Source of the DNA: Calditrichaceae bacterium
GTDB taxonomy: Bacteria; Calditrichota; Calditrichia; Calditrichales; JBFXGD01
Direction: 5' to 3'
Length of the DNA: 28,485 nt
NCBI GenBank assembly: GCA_050178385.1
Contig: JBFXGD010000029.1
Coordinates: forward strand, 1 to 28,485
Below the pieces are notes generated by a model. That model saw only the letters and a list, made by a program, of their open reading frames with translations. It had not been told where the DNA came from and made no database searches. This document shows, in pieces, positions 8,800 to 18,514 of the stretch. The position numbers and the translations under genes are program-made. Position 1 is the first letter of the stretch; every line of letters starts with the position of its first letter.

Positions 8800-9930
8800 T
8801 TAATTTGATTTTCCAAGTTCATCCATGTTGAGTACAAAAAATTCGACACGACGGTTTAAAGTTTTGCCATCGGCAGTTTTGTTATCAGATAAAGGCATCG
8901 TTCTGCCGAAACCCTGAACTGTTATATTAGCCGGTATAAGATCGAGTGAACGGATGAGCAAATACTCCCTCACCACTTTTGCCCGTTCTATACTGAGCTG
9001 CATGTTAAATTCATCTGTTCCATCAGCATCGGTATGGCCTCTGATTTCAATCTTCAACCCGGGATATTTCAGCAGGATACGGCTTATTTCCTGTAAAACT
9101 TCATAAGATTCAGGTTTAATCGTAGCCTTTCCGGGATCAAACTATATTTTGTGGACTCTCAGCAATCCCTTTGTCAGCAATTCAAGCTCCATTGGCGAAA
9201 GAATGCGGCCTTTGGAATCGACTTTTGCACCGGCTGCCGTGCGCGGCTCAAGATCTATGCCGTCAGGAATACCGTCCCCGTCACTGTCAATAGCTATTCC
9301 GCGAACATTCACGATAGCGCCGGAGGTGATAAGCAAATCATCATCCACCTTATCATCTCTCAATCCCTGCCATCTGTAGGCTTCATTAAAATGGAGTTTC
9401 CAGGACGGACTAAATCGGTATGTCTGGATCAGCATCGCCTCAATTCCGTATTCCTCGTTGTCATAAGGGTAACTGGGATGAATGGCGAAATCAGCTCCCA
9501 TAGGCACATGAAAAGCCAGGCGGCCGGCTATATCGAAATTATCCGTATTTAACGGGACTTTATATTTCAAACCGAGTCTTGCGGACCCAAATCCGCTCTG
9601 CAGATGATCCATGCGGTTATTTTCTTTATGAAGCACCCCCCTTCCAATGGTATAAAGGACCTCTGAAAGTTCAAGCTCATCCGACATATCAAATGTTAGC
9701 GTGCTCGTTCATATAAATAATTCTTCAGTACCTTAAACCCCCGACAAATTAGTTGTATTGTAGATACCGCTAAAATTTGCCCCGATAAATCCTCTTCCAA
9801 AAGTTTCCGCGCTATAAGTATTTATAAATCCCCTTCCCCCTTCCTGGGCGGGAAATTGATCTTCCTGAGAAAACAGATACACCGGCAATAAACAGACTGT
9901 AACCAACACAATCCTGATTAAAAACTTCAT
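8800..9930 (-). pseudogene. OmpA-family outer membrane protein pseudogene (signal peptide, partial beta-barrel, TSP3-like repeat, OmpA C-terminal domain)
   Basis: One 377-codon frame interrupted by TAA (9733-9735), TGA (9709-9711) and TAG (9142-9144). Motifs DSDGDGIPDGID, I*FDPGKATIKPES, RGHTD..G, NMQLS..RA, NRRVEF. Confidence 0.88.
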
Positions 9931-9982
9931 TTCAACCCCCCTTGTCAGTTTTGAATTTCACACCTGAACAAATGGTTAACAG

Positions 9983-9997
9983 TCAATTCTCATGCCA
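9983..9997 (-). promoter_or_regulatory. Sigma-54 (-24/-12)-like promoter of the ompA-like gene
   Basis: TGGCATGAGAATTGA = GG-N10-GA, about 50 bp upstream of ATG 9930. Confidence 0.65.
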
Positions 9998-10023
9998 ACA
10001 AAAAAGGGATGAAACTAATCAGA

Positions 10024-10048
10024 TAAGTTGTATTTTAATAATCACTTA
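10024..10048. promoter_or_regulatory. IHF-like inverted element
   Basis: TAAGT-N15-ACTTA at the same 27-bp offset from the sigma-54 core as the element at 8492. Confidence 0.45.
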
Positions 10049-10079
10049 ACTATTATATTGATTTTTAAATTTTTCAATT

Positions 10080-10153
10080 TATCATGTCAATATGTAAACA
10101 AGCTAGTCATTGTGATCTAAAGATATACAAGATGTGCGGTATAGTTTTATACA
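10080..10153. promoter_or_regulatory. Candidate enhancer (UAS) region
   Basis: TATCATGT shared with 8546-8553; TGT-N10-ACA at 10085-10100; further ...TATACA half-sites ending at 10129 and 10153. Confidence 0.4.
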
Positions 10154-10169
10154 GGACCGACGCCGCGGC

Positions 10170-11594
10170 TTATTCTTCTTTCATAATAATCACTTCGTTT
10201 TTTATCCCGTATTTTTCAATTCTCTGATGAAGCATGACCCGGGAGATACCCAGAATTTTTGAAGCTCTGACCTGGTTTCCGCTTGTCTCTCTCAAAACTT
10301 GCAATATCAGACGTTTCTCAGCTTCTGACATTATCTGTTCATAGAGAGATCCCGAGAATTGCTCTATCTGCTCCTTTGAAACATTTTGCGGGATATGGTC
10401 GTTTTTTGTCTCTGTCCGGCTTGCCTGTTTAAATTCTTCTGTTATCAATTCGTCCGGAATTACGGATCCTTTTGACAAAACAATCGCGCGTCTGATAACA
10501 TTTTCCATTTCACGAATATTGCCCGGCCAATGATATTGCTGCAGAGTCTCCATTGAATTATTTGAAAATTTGATTCCATCTTTTTGTTCAGCTTTACAGT
10601 GCTTTTCCAAAAAGTATTCAGCCAAAGCGGGAATATCATTTTTTCTAAGACGCAAAGGCGGCAAGGTTATGGTGACAACTTTAATCCTGTAATAAAGATC
10701 ATCCCTGAATCGGCCTTCTTCGATCGCCCGTTCCAGATTCCTGTTTGTAGCCGCTACCACACGAACATTTACCTTTATCGTCTGTTCACCGCCCAATCTT
10801 TCAAAACTTCCCTCCTGAAGGACCCTGAGAATTTTCGCCTGTGTTGTAAGAGTCATATCACCAATTTCATCAAGAAAAATGATGCCCTCATCCGCCAGCT
10901 CGAATTTTCCTGTTTTACGCCGGTTCGCGCCGGTGAAAGCACCTTTTTCATACCCGAACAGCTCGCTTTCAAGAAGGGTTTCCGGAATGGCGGCGCAGTT
11001 CACGGCTAAAAACGGCTTATCCGTCCGATTGCTGTGCTGATAAATCGCGCGGGCAATTAGTTCCTTTCCTGTTCCGCTCTCCCCCCGCAGAAGAACATTT
11101 ACGTCACTCGCGGCTACTCTGCCAATCAGTTTGTAAACTTCCTGCATGACCTGGCTGTTTCCAATTATTGTATCCGCGTTCCAGTCGGAGACTGATGGAT
11201 TTTTTGATTTAATATTTGTATGATGTAAATGGCTGAATTCCAATGCGCCGGCGATTACTTTTTTCATTTCGGGAATATCAAACGGTTTCAGAATATAATC
11301 ATACGCGCCGGATTTTGTGGCTTTAATCGTGGTTTCCGTATCTCCGAAGGCGGTCATGATCAGAACAACGAGATTTGGATCAATTTCCTTTAGTTCTTTC
11401 AAAATTTCAATCCCGGATTTATCGGGCAGACGTACATCCAGAATAATCATATCATAACTGTTATCCTTAAATTTAGAAAGCGCTTCCGCGCCGTTTTTAG
11501 CCGTATCTATTTGATAATCCGATGAGTTCAAAAAACGTTTGAATGAATACCTTACGCTTTCCTCGTCATCTACAACAAGTATCCGGTCCGTCAT
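10170..11594 (-). CDS. Sigma-54-dependent response regulator (NtrC family: REC-AAA+-Fis HTH)
   Basis: Receiver domain; GESGTGKE; ESELFGYEKGAFTGA; FLDEIGD; WPGNIRE; GNQVRASKILGISR. Confidence 0.96.
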   Translation of the reverse strand: MTDRILVVDDEESVRYSFKRFLNSSDYQIDTAKNGAEALSKFKDNSYDMIILDVRLPDKSGIEILKELKEIDPNLVVLIMTAFGDTETTIKATKSGAYDYILKPFDIPEMKKVIAGALEFSHLHHTNIKSKNPSVSDWNADTIIGNSQVMQEVYKLIGRVAASDVNVLLRGESGTGKELIARAIYQHSNRTDKPFLAVNCAAIPETLLESELFGYEKGAFTGANRRKTGKFELADEGIIFLDEIGDMTLTTQAKILRVLQEGSFERLGGEQTIKVNVRVVAATNRNLERAIEEGRFRDDLYYRIKVVTITLPPLRLRKNDIPALAEYFLEKHCKAEQKDGIKFSNNSMETLQQYHWPGNIREMENVIRRAIVLSKGSVIPDELITEEFKQASRTETKNDHIPQNVSKEQIEQFSGSLYEQIMSEAEKRLILQVLRETSGNQVRASKILGISRVMLHQRIEKYGIKNEVIIMKEE

Positions 11595-13087
11595 GATTTT
11601 ACTCTCCCGTACGGTAAGATAATGGTGAACAAGGCGCCTGATTCCGCGTTATTTGCTGCTTCTATTCTCCCGCCGTGATTGGTTATAATCTGATGAGCGA
11701 TAGAGAGGCCCAATCCGGTCCCGTCCTCCCGGCTTGTTACGAACGGATCAAAAATAGTTTCAATCAGATCGTTCGATATTCCTTTACCGTTATCCGCTAT
11801 TTTGATTTCGACAATTTCATCCCCTGATACATCATCATGTTTGATCTTGGTCCCGAGAAATAATTTGCCGCCATCGGGCATTGCTGAAACCGCGTTTTGA
11901 ATAATATTTAAAAAGACCTGCCGCATTTGCTGTTTGTCTACAAAAACATTGACATCTGTATCAGTGTTCTCGGCTGATAACGCAATATTCGCGTTTTTAA
12001 GCTGGGTATTCATCAATTTTAAGGTTTGCTCTATAATTTCATTCACAGTTACATTGGCGAATTCGGGCTTGGGCGGTCGGGCAAAATCAAGAAATTCCTG
12101 AAGGAAATGTTCCATTCGCAGAATTTCCTTCAATATTACCTGAAAGTCTCTATTGATCGTGGTATCATTCCGCATCTCGTCCTTCATAGAAAAAACAAGC
12201 ATTTTTATGGCTGTGAGCGGATTCCGTATCTCATGAGCCAGACCGGCGGAAATTTTACCGAGTGCAGCAAACCGCTCGGATCGTTCAAGCATAGCCCGGC
12301 TTTTCACAAGATCAGTGTTTATTTGATAAACCTTATTGATAAGTGAACGTACTGAATTATCAAGATGATCTAATTCAGTACCCTCAGAAACATTTACTTT
12401 TTCCACGATATCTGTATCCGTCGCGCCCTTAACTTTAAGAACCAGCTCATAAATCGGATGTGTAATGCTGCGCGCGAGAAATCCCCCTAATCCTACTCCG
12501 ATCAAAATCCCGAGAATTCCCATACCGTACATGATTGTATTTACCGTTTTATTATCCCGTTCGATCAGCATACTGGTGTTGTACATTAATTTTTCATTAA
12601 TAAACAGTAATTCTTCACATTTATCAAAAATGAGATCAAAATAACTTTTCATCGGTCCGATTAATATCTTATGCGCAAACGCCGGATTATTCATCTGATA
12701 ATGAATCACAACCTGATTCTGATAATCAGTATATGTCTTTAGTAAAACTTCAATTTCATTGAGAATATTTTCTTCATCTTTCGTGTGGGTCAGATTTCGC
12801 GCCGTCGTGAACCATTCCATGAAAGATGATTTTTTATCATCGAAAACATCAAGCCAGGACAAGTCGCCATCAAGCAGATAATACGATGTATGCCCTTTCA
12901 TATCCAGAAGCGCGATTTCCAGTTCCTCTGCCGCCTTCAGGCTGGAAACATTTTCAGCCAGAATTTTACTTGTCGCCTGCTGCATCCTGTTTGTATAAAA
13001 ATTGGCGAGTATTCCGAGAACAATGAGCAGCCCGCTCATCAATAAAAAGCCGGTTATCATCCTCGGACGTATTCTTAAATTTAAAAT
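11591..13087 (-). CDS. Membrane sensor histidine kinase (periplasmic four-helix-bundle-type sensor, HisKA, HATPase)
   Basis: Two TM helices, AHEIRNPL, DNGKGI, FDPFVTSREDGTGLGL; overlaps the regulator start (ATGA). Start is uncertain: ATT 13087 (RBS-supported) or ATG 13060. Confidence 0.9.
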   Translation of the reverse strand: MLNLRIRPRMITGFLLMSGLLIVLGILANFYTNRMQQATSKILAENVSSLKAAEELEIALLDMKGHTSYYLLDGDLSWLDVFDDKKSSFMEWFTTARNLTHTKDEENILNEIEVLLKTYTDYQNQVVIHYQMNNPAFAHKILIGPMKSYFDLIFDKCEELLFINEKLMYNTSMLIERDNKTVNTIMYGMGILGILIGVGLGGFLARSITHPIYELVLKVKGATDTDIVEKVNVSEGTELDHLDNSVRSLINKVYQINTDLVKSRAMLERSERFAALGKISAGLAHEIRNPLTAIKMLVFSMKDEMRNDTTINRDFQVILKEILRMEHFLQEFLDFARPPKPEFANVTVNEIIEQTLKLMNTQLKNANIALSAENTDTDVNVFVDKQQMRQVFLNIIQNAVSAMPDGGKLFLGTKIKHDDVSGDEIVEIKIADNGKGISNDLIETIFDPFVTSREDGTGLGLSIAHQIITNHGGRIEAANNAESGALFTIILPYGRVKS

Positions 13088-13380
13088 AAATCGTTTCTCC
13101 GCAACCCGGTTGATATTTCATTTATAAATCGGTCATTCACACCTATTTTAAACAGATTTCCGATGATATGAAACAAAATTTAACGGCAAAAAAGATCAGA
13201 AAATGATAAAAGGTCATTCCGGGCAGAAATGTTTAGTTTTATAGATGTATGAATTTAATAATATAAATATCCAAAATTGATTACATAAAGACCATCACTG
13301 CAAATAACAATGTCATATTGTTTCAAAAATGATTATTTTAGAAATGAATATTTTTCCGGATTAGGATAAGGAGTTGCTCT

Positions 13381-13872
13381 ATGATACCCAAAAAACCAGA
13401 AACACTCAGCAGCTGGAATATCGTTTTCCCTAATGACGCCAACGCTCTCGGAACCATGTTCGGCGGGCGGCTTATGGCCATCATGGACGAAATGGCAGGG
13501 ATTGCCGCCTTGAGATACGCCGAAAAAACGGTGGTTACGGCTTCCACAGAAGCAATCGTTTTCAAACTTCCGGTACGCATCGGAGACAGGATTGAAACGA
13601 CTGCCCGGGTTGTCTGGGTCGGCAGGAGCTCACTGGTCATAAAACTGGATGTCTATGCTGAAAATCCGACCTTAGGCCGCCCACGGCAGCTTTGCACAAC
13701 CGCCCATTTCAATTTTGTCGCTCTTGATGAGACCGGCAAACCTTCAGCGGTCCCGCCTCTGCAAATTGAAACCGAAGCCGATAAGAAAGAATATCAAATC
13801 GCTGAAATTGTAAAGAAAAACGCTCTTTCCAGAAAAAATGAGATTGATCAAATGTATTCCGGCGGTCTTTAG
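13381..13872 (+). CDS. Acyl-CoA thioesterase (hotdog fold, YciA-like)
   Basis: VFPNDANALGTMFGG..MDE, VTAS, PVRIGD, VGRSS, FVALDETGKP; AGGAG RBS. Confidence 0.92.
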   Translation: MIPKKPETLSSWNIVFPNDANALGTMFGGRLMAIMDEMAGIAALRYAEKTVVTASTEAIVFKLPVRIGDRIETTARVVWVGRSSLVIKLDVYAENPTLGRPRQLCTTAHFNFVALDETGKPSAVPPLQIETEADKKEYQIAEIVKKNALSRKNEIDQMYSGGL

Positions 13873-14051
13873 ACATTGACGGAGATTTATAACATTTATA
13901 AATTAATTGCGCCGTCAGTAATAAAAAAAAAATTATGCCGGCTGAATTTGACAATTTTATTGTCCTGATTAAATAATTTATTAATTGTACCGACGATATT
14001 AATCGGCTTAAAGTAATAACAAGGTTTTTGAAATTAACCGGATTTATATTG

Positions 14052-16868
14052 ATGAGTGAAAAATCCTTACAAAAAAAGATCGAAAAGTTAGAGAAAATAC
14101 TAGTCGAAAAAGAGAAACAGCTTAACCGTTCTCAAAAAAATGAAACAAAATTCCGGGAAATATTCGAAAAAGCCAATGACGGCATTTTTTTGTGGGAACT
14201 TGATGAAAAGGGAATGCCTGGAAGGTGTATTGAAGTAAATGAGGTCGCATGCGAAAAGCTTGGCTACAGCAAAGAAGAAATCCTCAGCCTGACTCCGTTT
14301 GAAATTAAATCCATGGATTCGGTGCTAAAAATTCCGGCAATAATGGAGGAACTTCACCGAAATTCACGGGCGCGTTTTACCATAAACAATAAAAGCAAAG
14401 ATGGAGAGTCAATCCCTGTTGAAATTAATTCCCATCTTTTTGAACTGGATAATAAAAAAGTAATTCTATCTATCACCCGCGACCTGAGAGAAAGATTTGA
14501 GACCGAGGAGGCGTTAAAAACAAGCGAGGAACGCCTAAAATTGGCGCTTGACGGAACGAAAGCGGGATTATGGGACTGGAACATTTCCACCGGTGAAAAA
14601 TTCTACAGCCGGCAGTGGTCTGATATGCTCGGTTACGAACCGGAAGATTTGAAAAATAAAGATAGCTTCTGGGAATCTCTTGTCCATCCGGACGATTACA
14701 AAAATGTGGTTCAGCTTCTCCATAGCCATCTCGAAGGCAACTCTGACCAGTATATCGCAGAGTACCGCATCCTTGCTAAAAGTGGAGACTGGAAGTGGAT
14801 TCTTGACAGCGGAAAGGTCGTCGAACGTGATGAGACCGGAAAACCTTTGCGTGCAGCAGGCACACATCTGGATATAAGCCAGCGCAAAATGATAGAGGAG
14901 CAAATTTTACAGTCCGAACACAAATTTAAAGCTATTTTTGATTACGCTAATGACGCTATTTTCCTGATGGACGGAGAAAAATTTATTGATTGCAATCAAA
15001 AGACTGTTGAAATTTTCGGGTACAGTAAAGAAGAAATTCTGGGAAAAAAACCCTACGATCTTTCACCTCTTCTTCAGCCAGGCGGAGAGGACTCCAAACA
15101 TGCCGCTAGAGGTAAAATTAAGGATGCCCTGAATGGCAAACCTCAGTTTTTTGAATGGACTCATCAAAGAGCAGACAAAACTTATATAGATGTTGAAGTT
15201 AGCCTCAACCGTATTTCTGTAAATGAAAAAACGCTTATTCAGGCGATTGTTCACGATATTACACACCGGAAGGAAGCAGAGAGAGCCCTTTACGAAAGAA
15301 CCATGCAATACGAAAGTTTTATCCGGAACAGCCTGGTCGGCATCTGGCGGGTTGAATTCAAACAGCCCATTCCGATAACTCTCCCGGACAGGGAAATTGC
15401 CGAACGGATTTTGTCCAATGGATATTTTTCTGAATGCAATGACGCCTTCCTGGAAATGTACAATTCTAATTCCAGGGATGATTTTATAGGCCGCTCTATT
15501 CGCGGTGGCAGTGTAGATAATGAAAAATCTTTAAAACGTCTTGAGATATTTGTGAAAAATGGATTTAAAATTGTACTCATAGACAACGAAGAATATGACA
15601 AAAACGGAAAGTTAAAATTTTTCCGCAATTCATATATCGGTTTTGTTGAAGATGAATACCTTCTGTGGATGTGGGGCGTTCAGATTGATATAACGGAACA
15701 ACGCCGGCTGGAAACGCAATTCAGGCAATCACAGAAAATGGAAGCGGTGGGTATGCTCGCCGGTGGCATTGCTCATGATTTTAATAATTTGCTGACCGTG
15801 ATCAATGGTTACAGCGAGATCATAATCAGCCGGATTGATAAAGAAAATCCAATCCATAAACATATCAATTCCATCAAAACCGCGGGCGAAAGAGCGGCTA
15901 CGCTCACCGGACAGCTGCTTGCCTTCAGCAGGAAACAGATTCTTCAGCCAAAAGTCCTAAAACTGAATACAATTGTCCGGAATCTCGAAAAAATGCTTAA
16001 AAGGCTCATCCGTGAAGATATTACACTGACAACAGAGCTTTGCCCGTCTCTCTGGAGCATAAAATCAGATCCGGGCCAGCTTGAGCAAATACTTATCAAT
16101 CTTATCGTCAATGCCCGTGATGCCATGCCGGAAGGCGGAAATTTAATAATCGAGACTAAAAATATTGTGCTTGATGAAAAATTTATTGATTTGCATCCTG
16201 GATCGAAAACCGGATCTTTTGTTGTGCTTTCTATTAAGGATACCGGTATCGGTATGGACAAAGAAACGCAGTTAAGAATCTTCGAACCTTTTTTTACGAC
16301 CAAGGAAAAAGCGACCAGTACCGGTCTTGGTTTGGCTACAGTGTATGGGATAGTTAAGCAGAGCAACGGTTATATCTCAGTTGACAGTGAGCCCGGCAAG
16401 GGAAGTACTTTTAGTATGTATCTGCCTCGTGTAAGCGGTGGAAAATATGAGGATATTAAAGAAACAACCGAAACAGATATCAGTTTTAAGGATCTGAAAG
16501 GCACTGAGACGATTCTGGTCGTTGAGGACGAAGAAAGAGTTTTGCAGGTGGTGAGCGATACTTTGAGTTCTTTGGGTTATACAGTTTTGGAAGCGGCAAA
16601 CGGTGATCACGCGAGTTTTATATTCGAAGAAACCGACGGGCCAATTCATATGGTACTAACCGACGTCATCATGCCTAAGTTAAACGGACAGGAACTTGTC
16701 GAACTTCTTCAGGCCGACCGCCCTGATCTTAAAGTTTTATTTATGTCGGGTTACACCGATGACGCTATCCTGCAACATGGTGTTCTTGGGAAAAATACAA
16801 ATTTTATACATAAGCCTTTCACCCCCAGAGACCTGGCTCTAAAAGTCAGAGATGTACTGGACGGTTAG
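14052..16868 (+). CDS. Cytoplasmic multi-PAS hybrid sensor histidine kinase/receiver (CckA-like architecture)
   Basis: About four PAS/PAC repeats, GIAHDFNNLL, FEPFFTTK..GLGL, C-terminal receiver (VVEDE, LTDVIMP, KPF); no TM segment. Confidence 0.93.
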   Translation: MSEKSLQKKIEKLEKILVEKEKQLNRSQKNETKFREIFEKANDGIFLWELDEKGMPGRCIEVNEVACEKLGYSKEEILSLTPFEIKSMDSVLKIPAIMEELHRNSRARFTINNKSKDGESIPVEINSHLFELDNKKVILSITRDLRERFETEEALKTSEERLKLALDGTKAGLWDWNISTGEKFYSRQWSDMLGYEPEDLKNKDSFWESLVHPDDYKNVVQLLHSHLEGNSDQYIAEYRILAKSGDWKWILDSGKVVERDETGKPLRAAGTHLDISQRKMIEEQILQSEHKFKAIFDYANDAIFLMDGEKFIDCNQKTVEIFGYSKEEILGKKPYDLSPLLQPGGEDSKHAARGKIKDALNGKPQFFEWTHQRADKTYIDVEVSLNRISVNEKTLIQAIVHDITHRKEAERALYERTMQYESFIRNSLVGIWRVEFKQPIPITLPDREIAERILSNGYFSECNDAFLEMYNSNSRDDFIGRSIRGGSVDNEKSLKRLEIFVKNGFKIVLIDNEEYDKNGKLKFFRNSYIGFVEDEYLLWMWGVQIDITEQRRLETQFRQSQKMEAVGMLAGGIAHDFNNLLTVINGYSEIIISRIDKENPIHKHINSIKTAGERAATLTGQLLAFSRKQILQPKVLKLNTIVRNLEKMLKRLIREDITLTTELCPSLWSIKSDPGQLEQILINLIVNARDAMPEGGNLIIETKNIVLDEKFIDLHPGSKTGSFVVLSIKDTGIGMDKETQLRIFEPFFTTKEKATSTGLGLATVYGIVKQSNGYISVDSEPGKGSTFSMYLPRVSGGKYEDIKETTETDISFKDLKGTETILVVEDEERVLQVVSDTLSSLGYTVLEAANGDHASFIFEETDGPIHMVLTDVIMPKLNGQELVELLQADRPDLKVLFMSGYTDDAILQHGVLGKNTNFIHKPFTPRDLALKVRDVLDG

Positions 16869-16921
16869 TCCTTTGTCCGCAAACAGATTATCATCGATCT
16901 GACCATTTTTGATGTGTTATT

Positions 16922-17566
16922 TTATGACCGGGCTCCACTTTCGATTTTTTTCAATAAAATTTCCGCCTCTTCTGATTCACCGATGTAGGTCAACAGATGC
17001 CGCCCGATATGAGAAATATTAATGCGTTTATCATTTCCAAATGGTCCTGCAAAACATTCCTCCAACTTTTGAATGATCTCCCTTTCATTCTGACAGTCGT
17101 ACACTTGCCCTGCAAGGAATTCCGCGTCATCTCTGATTACCCGGTCGTCAAAACCAGCATATTTGCTGTAATTGGAATAAATACCACTGTGGAGAAAATT
17201 TAATCTGAAATAGGCATAAACATTAAACGGCGCAGAAATTTTTTTCATCTGTTCAGAATTGATGACAGAAAATGGAATGTGCAGTATTTCGGTTTTTGAC
17301 GGGTGATCATAATCGTTAATTTGACTTCCGCCGGGATTCCCGATATCATAAAGAAAATGTAGCCCAAGAAATGCTTCCCACACCTCAATCCAGTTATTCT
17401 GATTGATCATATAATCAAAAAAAACGGATTTAAGATCGGTTAGCGACATCTCATCCTTAATTTTTTCCGCCAGCTCCCGCAGTCCATGACCGTTGTTGAA
17501 TGATCCTTCCTTTAAATAATTTCGAATAACTTTTCCATAAATCACTTCCATCTTCCGTGAGCTCAA
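16922..17566 (-). CDS. Hypothetical protein (214 aa)
   Basis: Long ORF filling the gap; TTG start with GGAGG RBS; no recognised family. Confidence 0.7.
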   Translation of the reverse strand: MSSRKMEVIYGKVIRNYLKEGSFNNGHGLRELAEKIKDEMSLTDLKSVFFDYMINQNNWIEVWEAFLGLHFLYDIGNPGGSQINDYDHPSKTEILHIPFSVINSEQMKKISAPFNVYAYFRLNFLHSGIYSNYSKYAGFDDRVIRDDAEFLAGQVYDCQNEREIIQKLEECFAGPFGNDKRINISHIGRHLLTYIGESEEAEILLKKIESGARS

Positions 17567-17968
17567 AACTTCCTCCGTTTCGTGTTAATGAAACGCTATC
17601 ATCCCGCAATCTCAAAAGACACTACTCTAATCCAGCTATGAAATGTCCGGAAACAACAGAGATCGATTATCGGCCATACGGCCATCAGCTTATCTCTTTC
17701 ATTATAATATATCTACTATTATTTTTACACATGTGATGATGGTCAATTAGCAAGAGAATAAACCCATTACATCCTCATTGCATAGGATTCAGGAAAGTAA
17801 TAAATTGAACACACAGATTTCACTTTTTACCTGTAGGATTTAAATATTATGTTTACGAATACCAAAGACAGGACAATATTAAAAATTCTGCTAATGGAGC
17901 GCGGATATTTGTCGATTTATTATGCTTACTAACAATGATTTGTAAACGACGGATTTTATGGAGGTAAC

Positions 17969-18346
17969 ATGACTAAAATTCTTGTAATAGATGATGAAGA
18001 ATCAATTTGCTGGATTACAAAAAAAATGCTTGAAGACCTGGGGAAATACAGAGTGGCTTTTGCCACAAGCGGTAAATCGGGTCTAAAGGCCGCTAAAAGC
18101 GAATCACCGGATCTGATTCTTCTTGATATTGAGATGGACGACATGAGCGGCCTCGATGTACTGAAAGTACTCCGGAAAAAGAAAAAAACGAAAGATATTC
18201 CTGTGATAATGGTGACAGGCGTTGACGCGCCCGAAGCCATGGAAGAAGCAAGTTATGACTATGCCGAACAATATCTCTTAAAACCGATAAAAGTCGAAGA
18301 GCTTGATGAAGCAATCGAGCGTGCTTTATCATATCAGAGAATGTAG
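17969..18346 (+). CDS. Single-domain response regulator
   Basis: ILVIDDE, PDLILLD, MVTG, KP; GGAGG RBS. Confidence 0.92.
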   Translation: MTKILVIDDEESICWITKKMLEDLGKYRVAFATSGKSGLKAAKSESPDLILLDIEMDDMSGLDVLKVLRKKKKTKDIPVIMVTGVDAPEAMEEASYDYAEQYLLKPIKVEELDEAIERALSYQRM

Positions 18347-18514
18347 GTCATTAAAACCAGATGCGGCAGATAATCAGATTGCCGTACAGTAGGAATTATC
18401 TGACCCATCAGAATTTATTTTTCCCATCTTTATCATCTCATCAGGGTTTTATATTGATCCATAACAGGAATTTTATCGCGAATGTTTTGTAAGATATGGG
18501 TGTGGCATAATTTG

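Noticed and set aside
8800..9930. Stop-codon reassignment, selenocysteine or pyrrolysine readthrough of the ompA-like gene
   Set aside because: All three stop types occur in the frame, and each also terminates normal genes in the window (NYN TGA, pal TAA, tolB TAG). The TAG replaces an expected Tyr by one substitution. Decay is the simpler explanation.
14354..16649. Several minus-strand ORFs of 70-140 aa
   Set aside because: Shadow frames of the hybrid kinase
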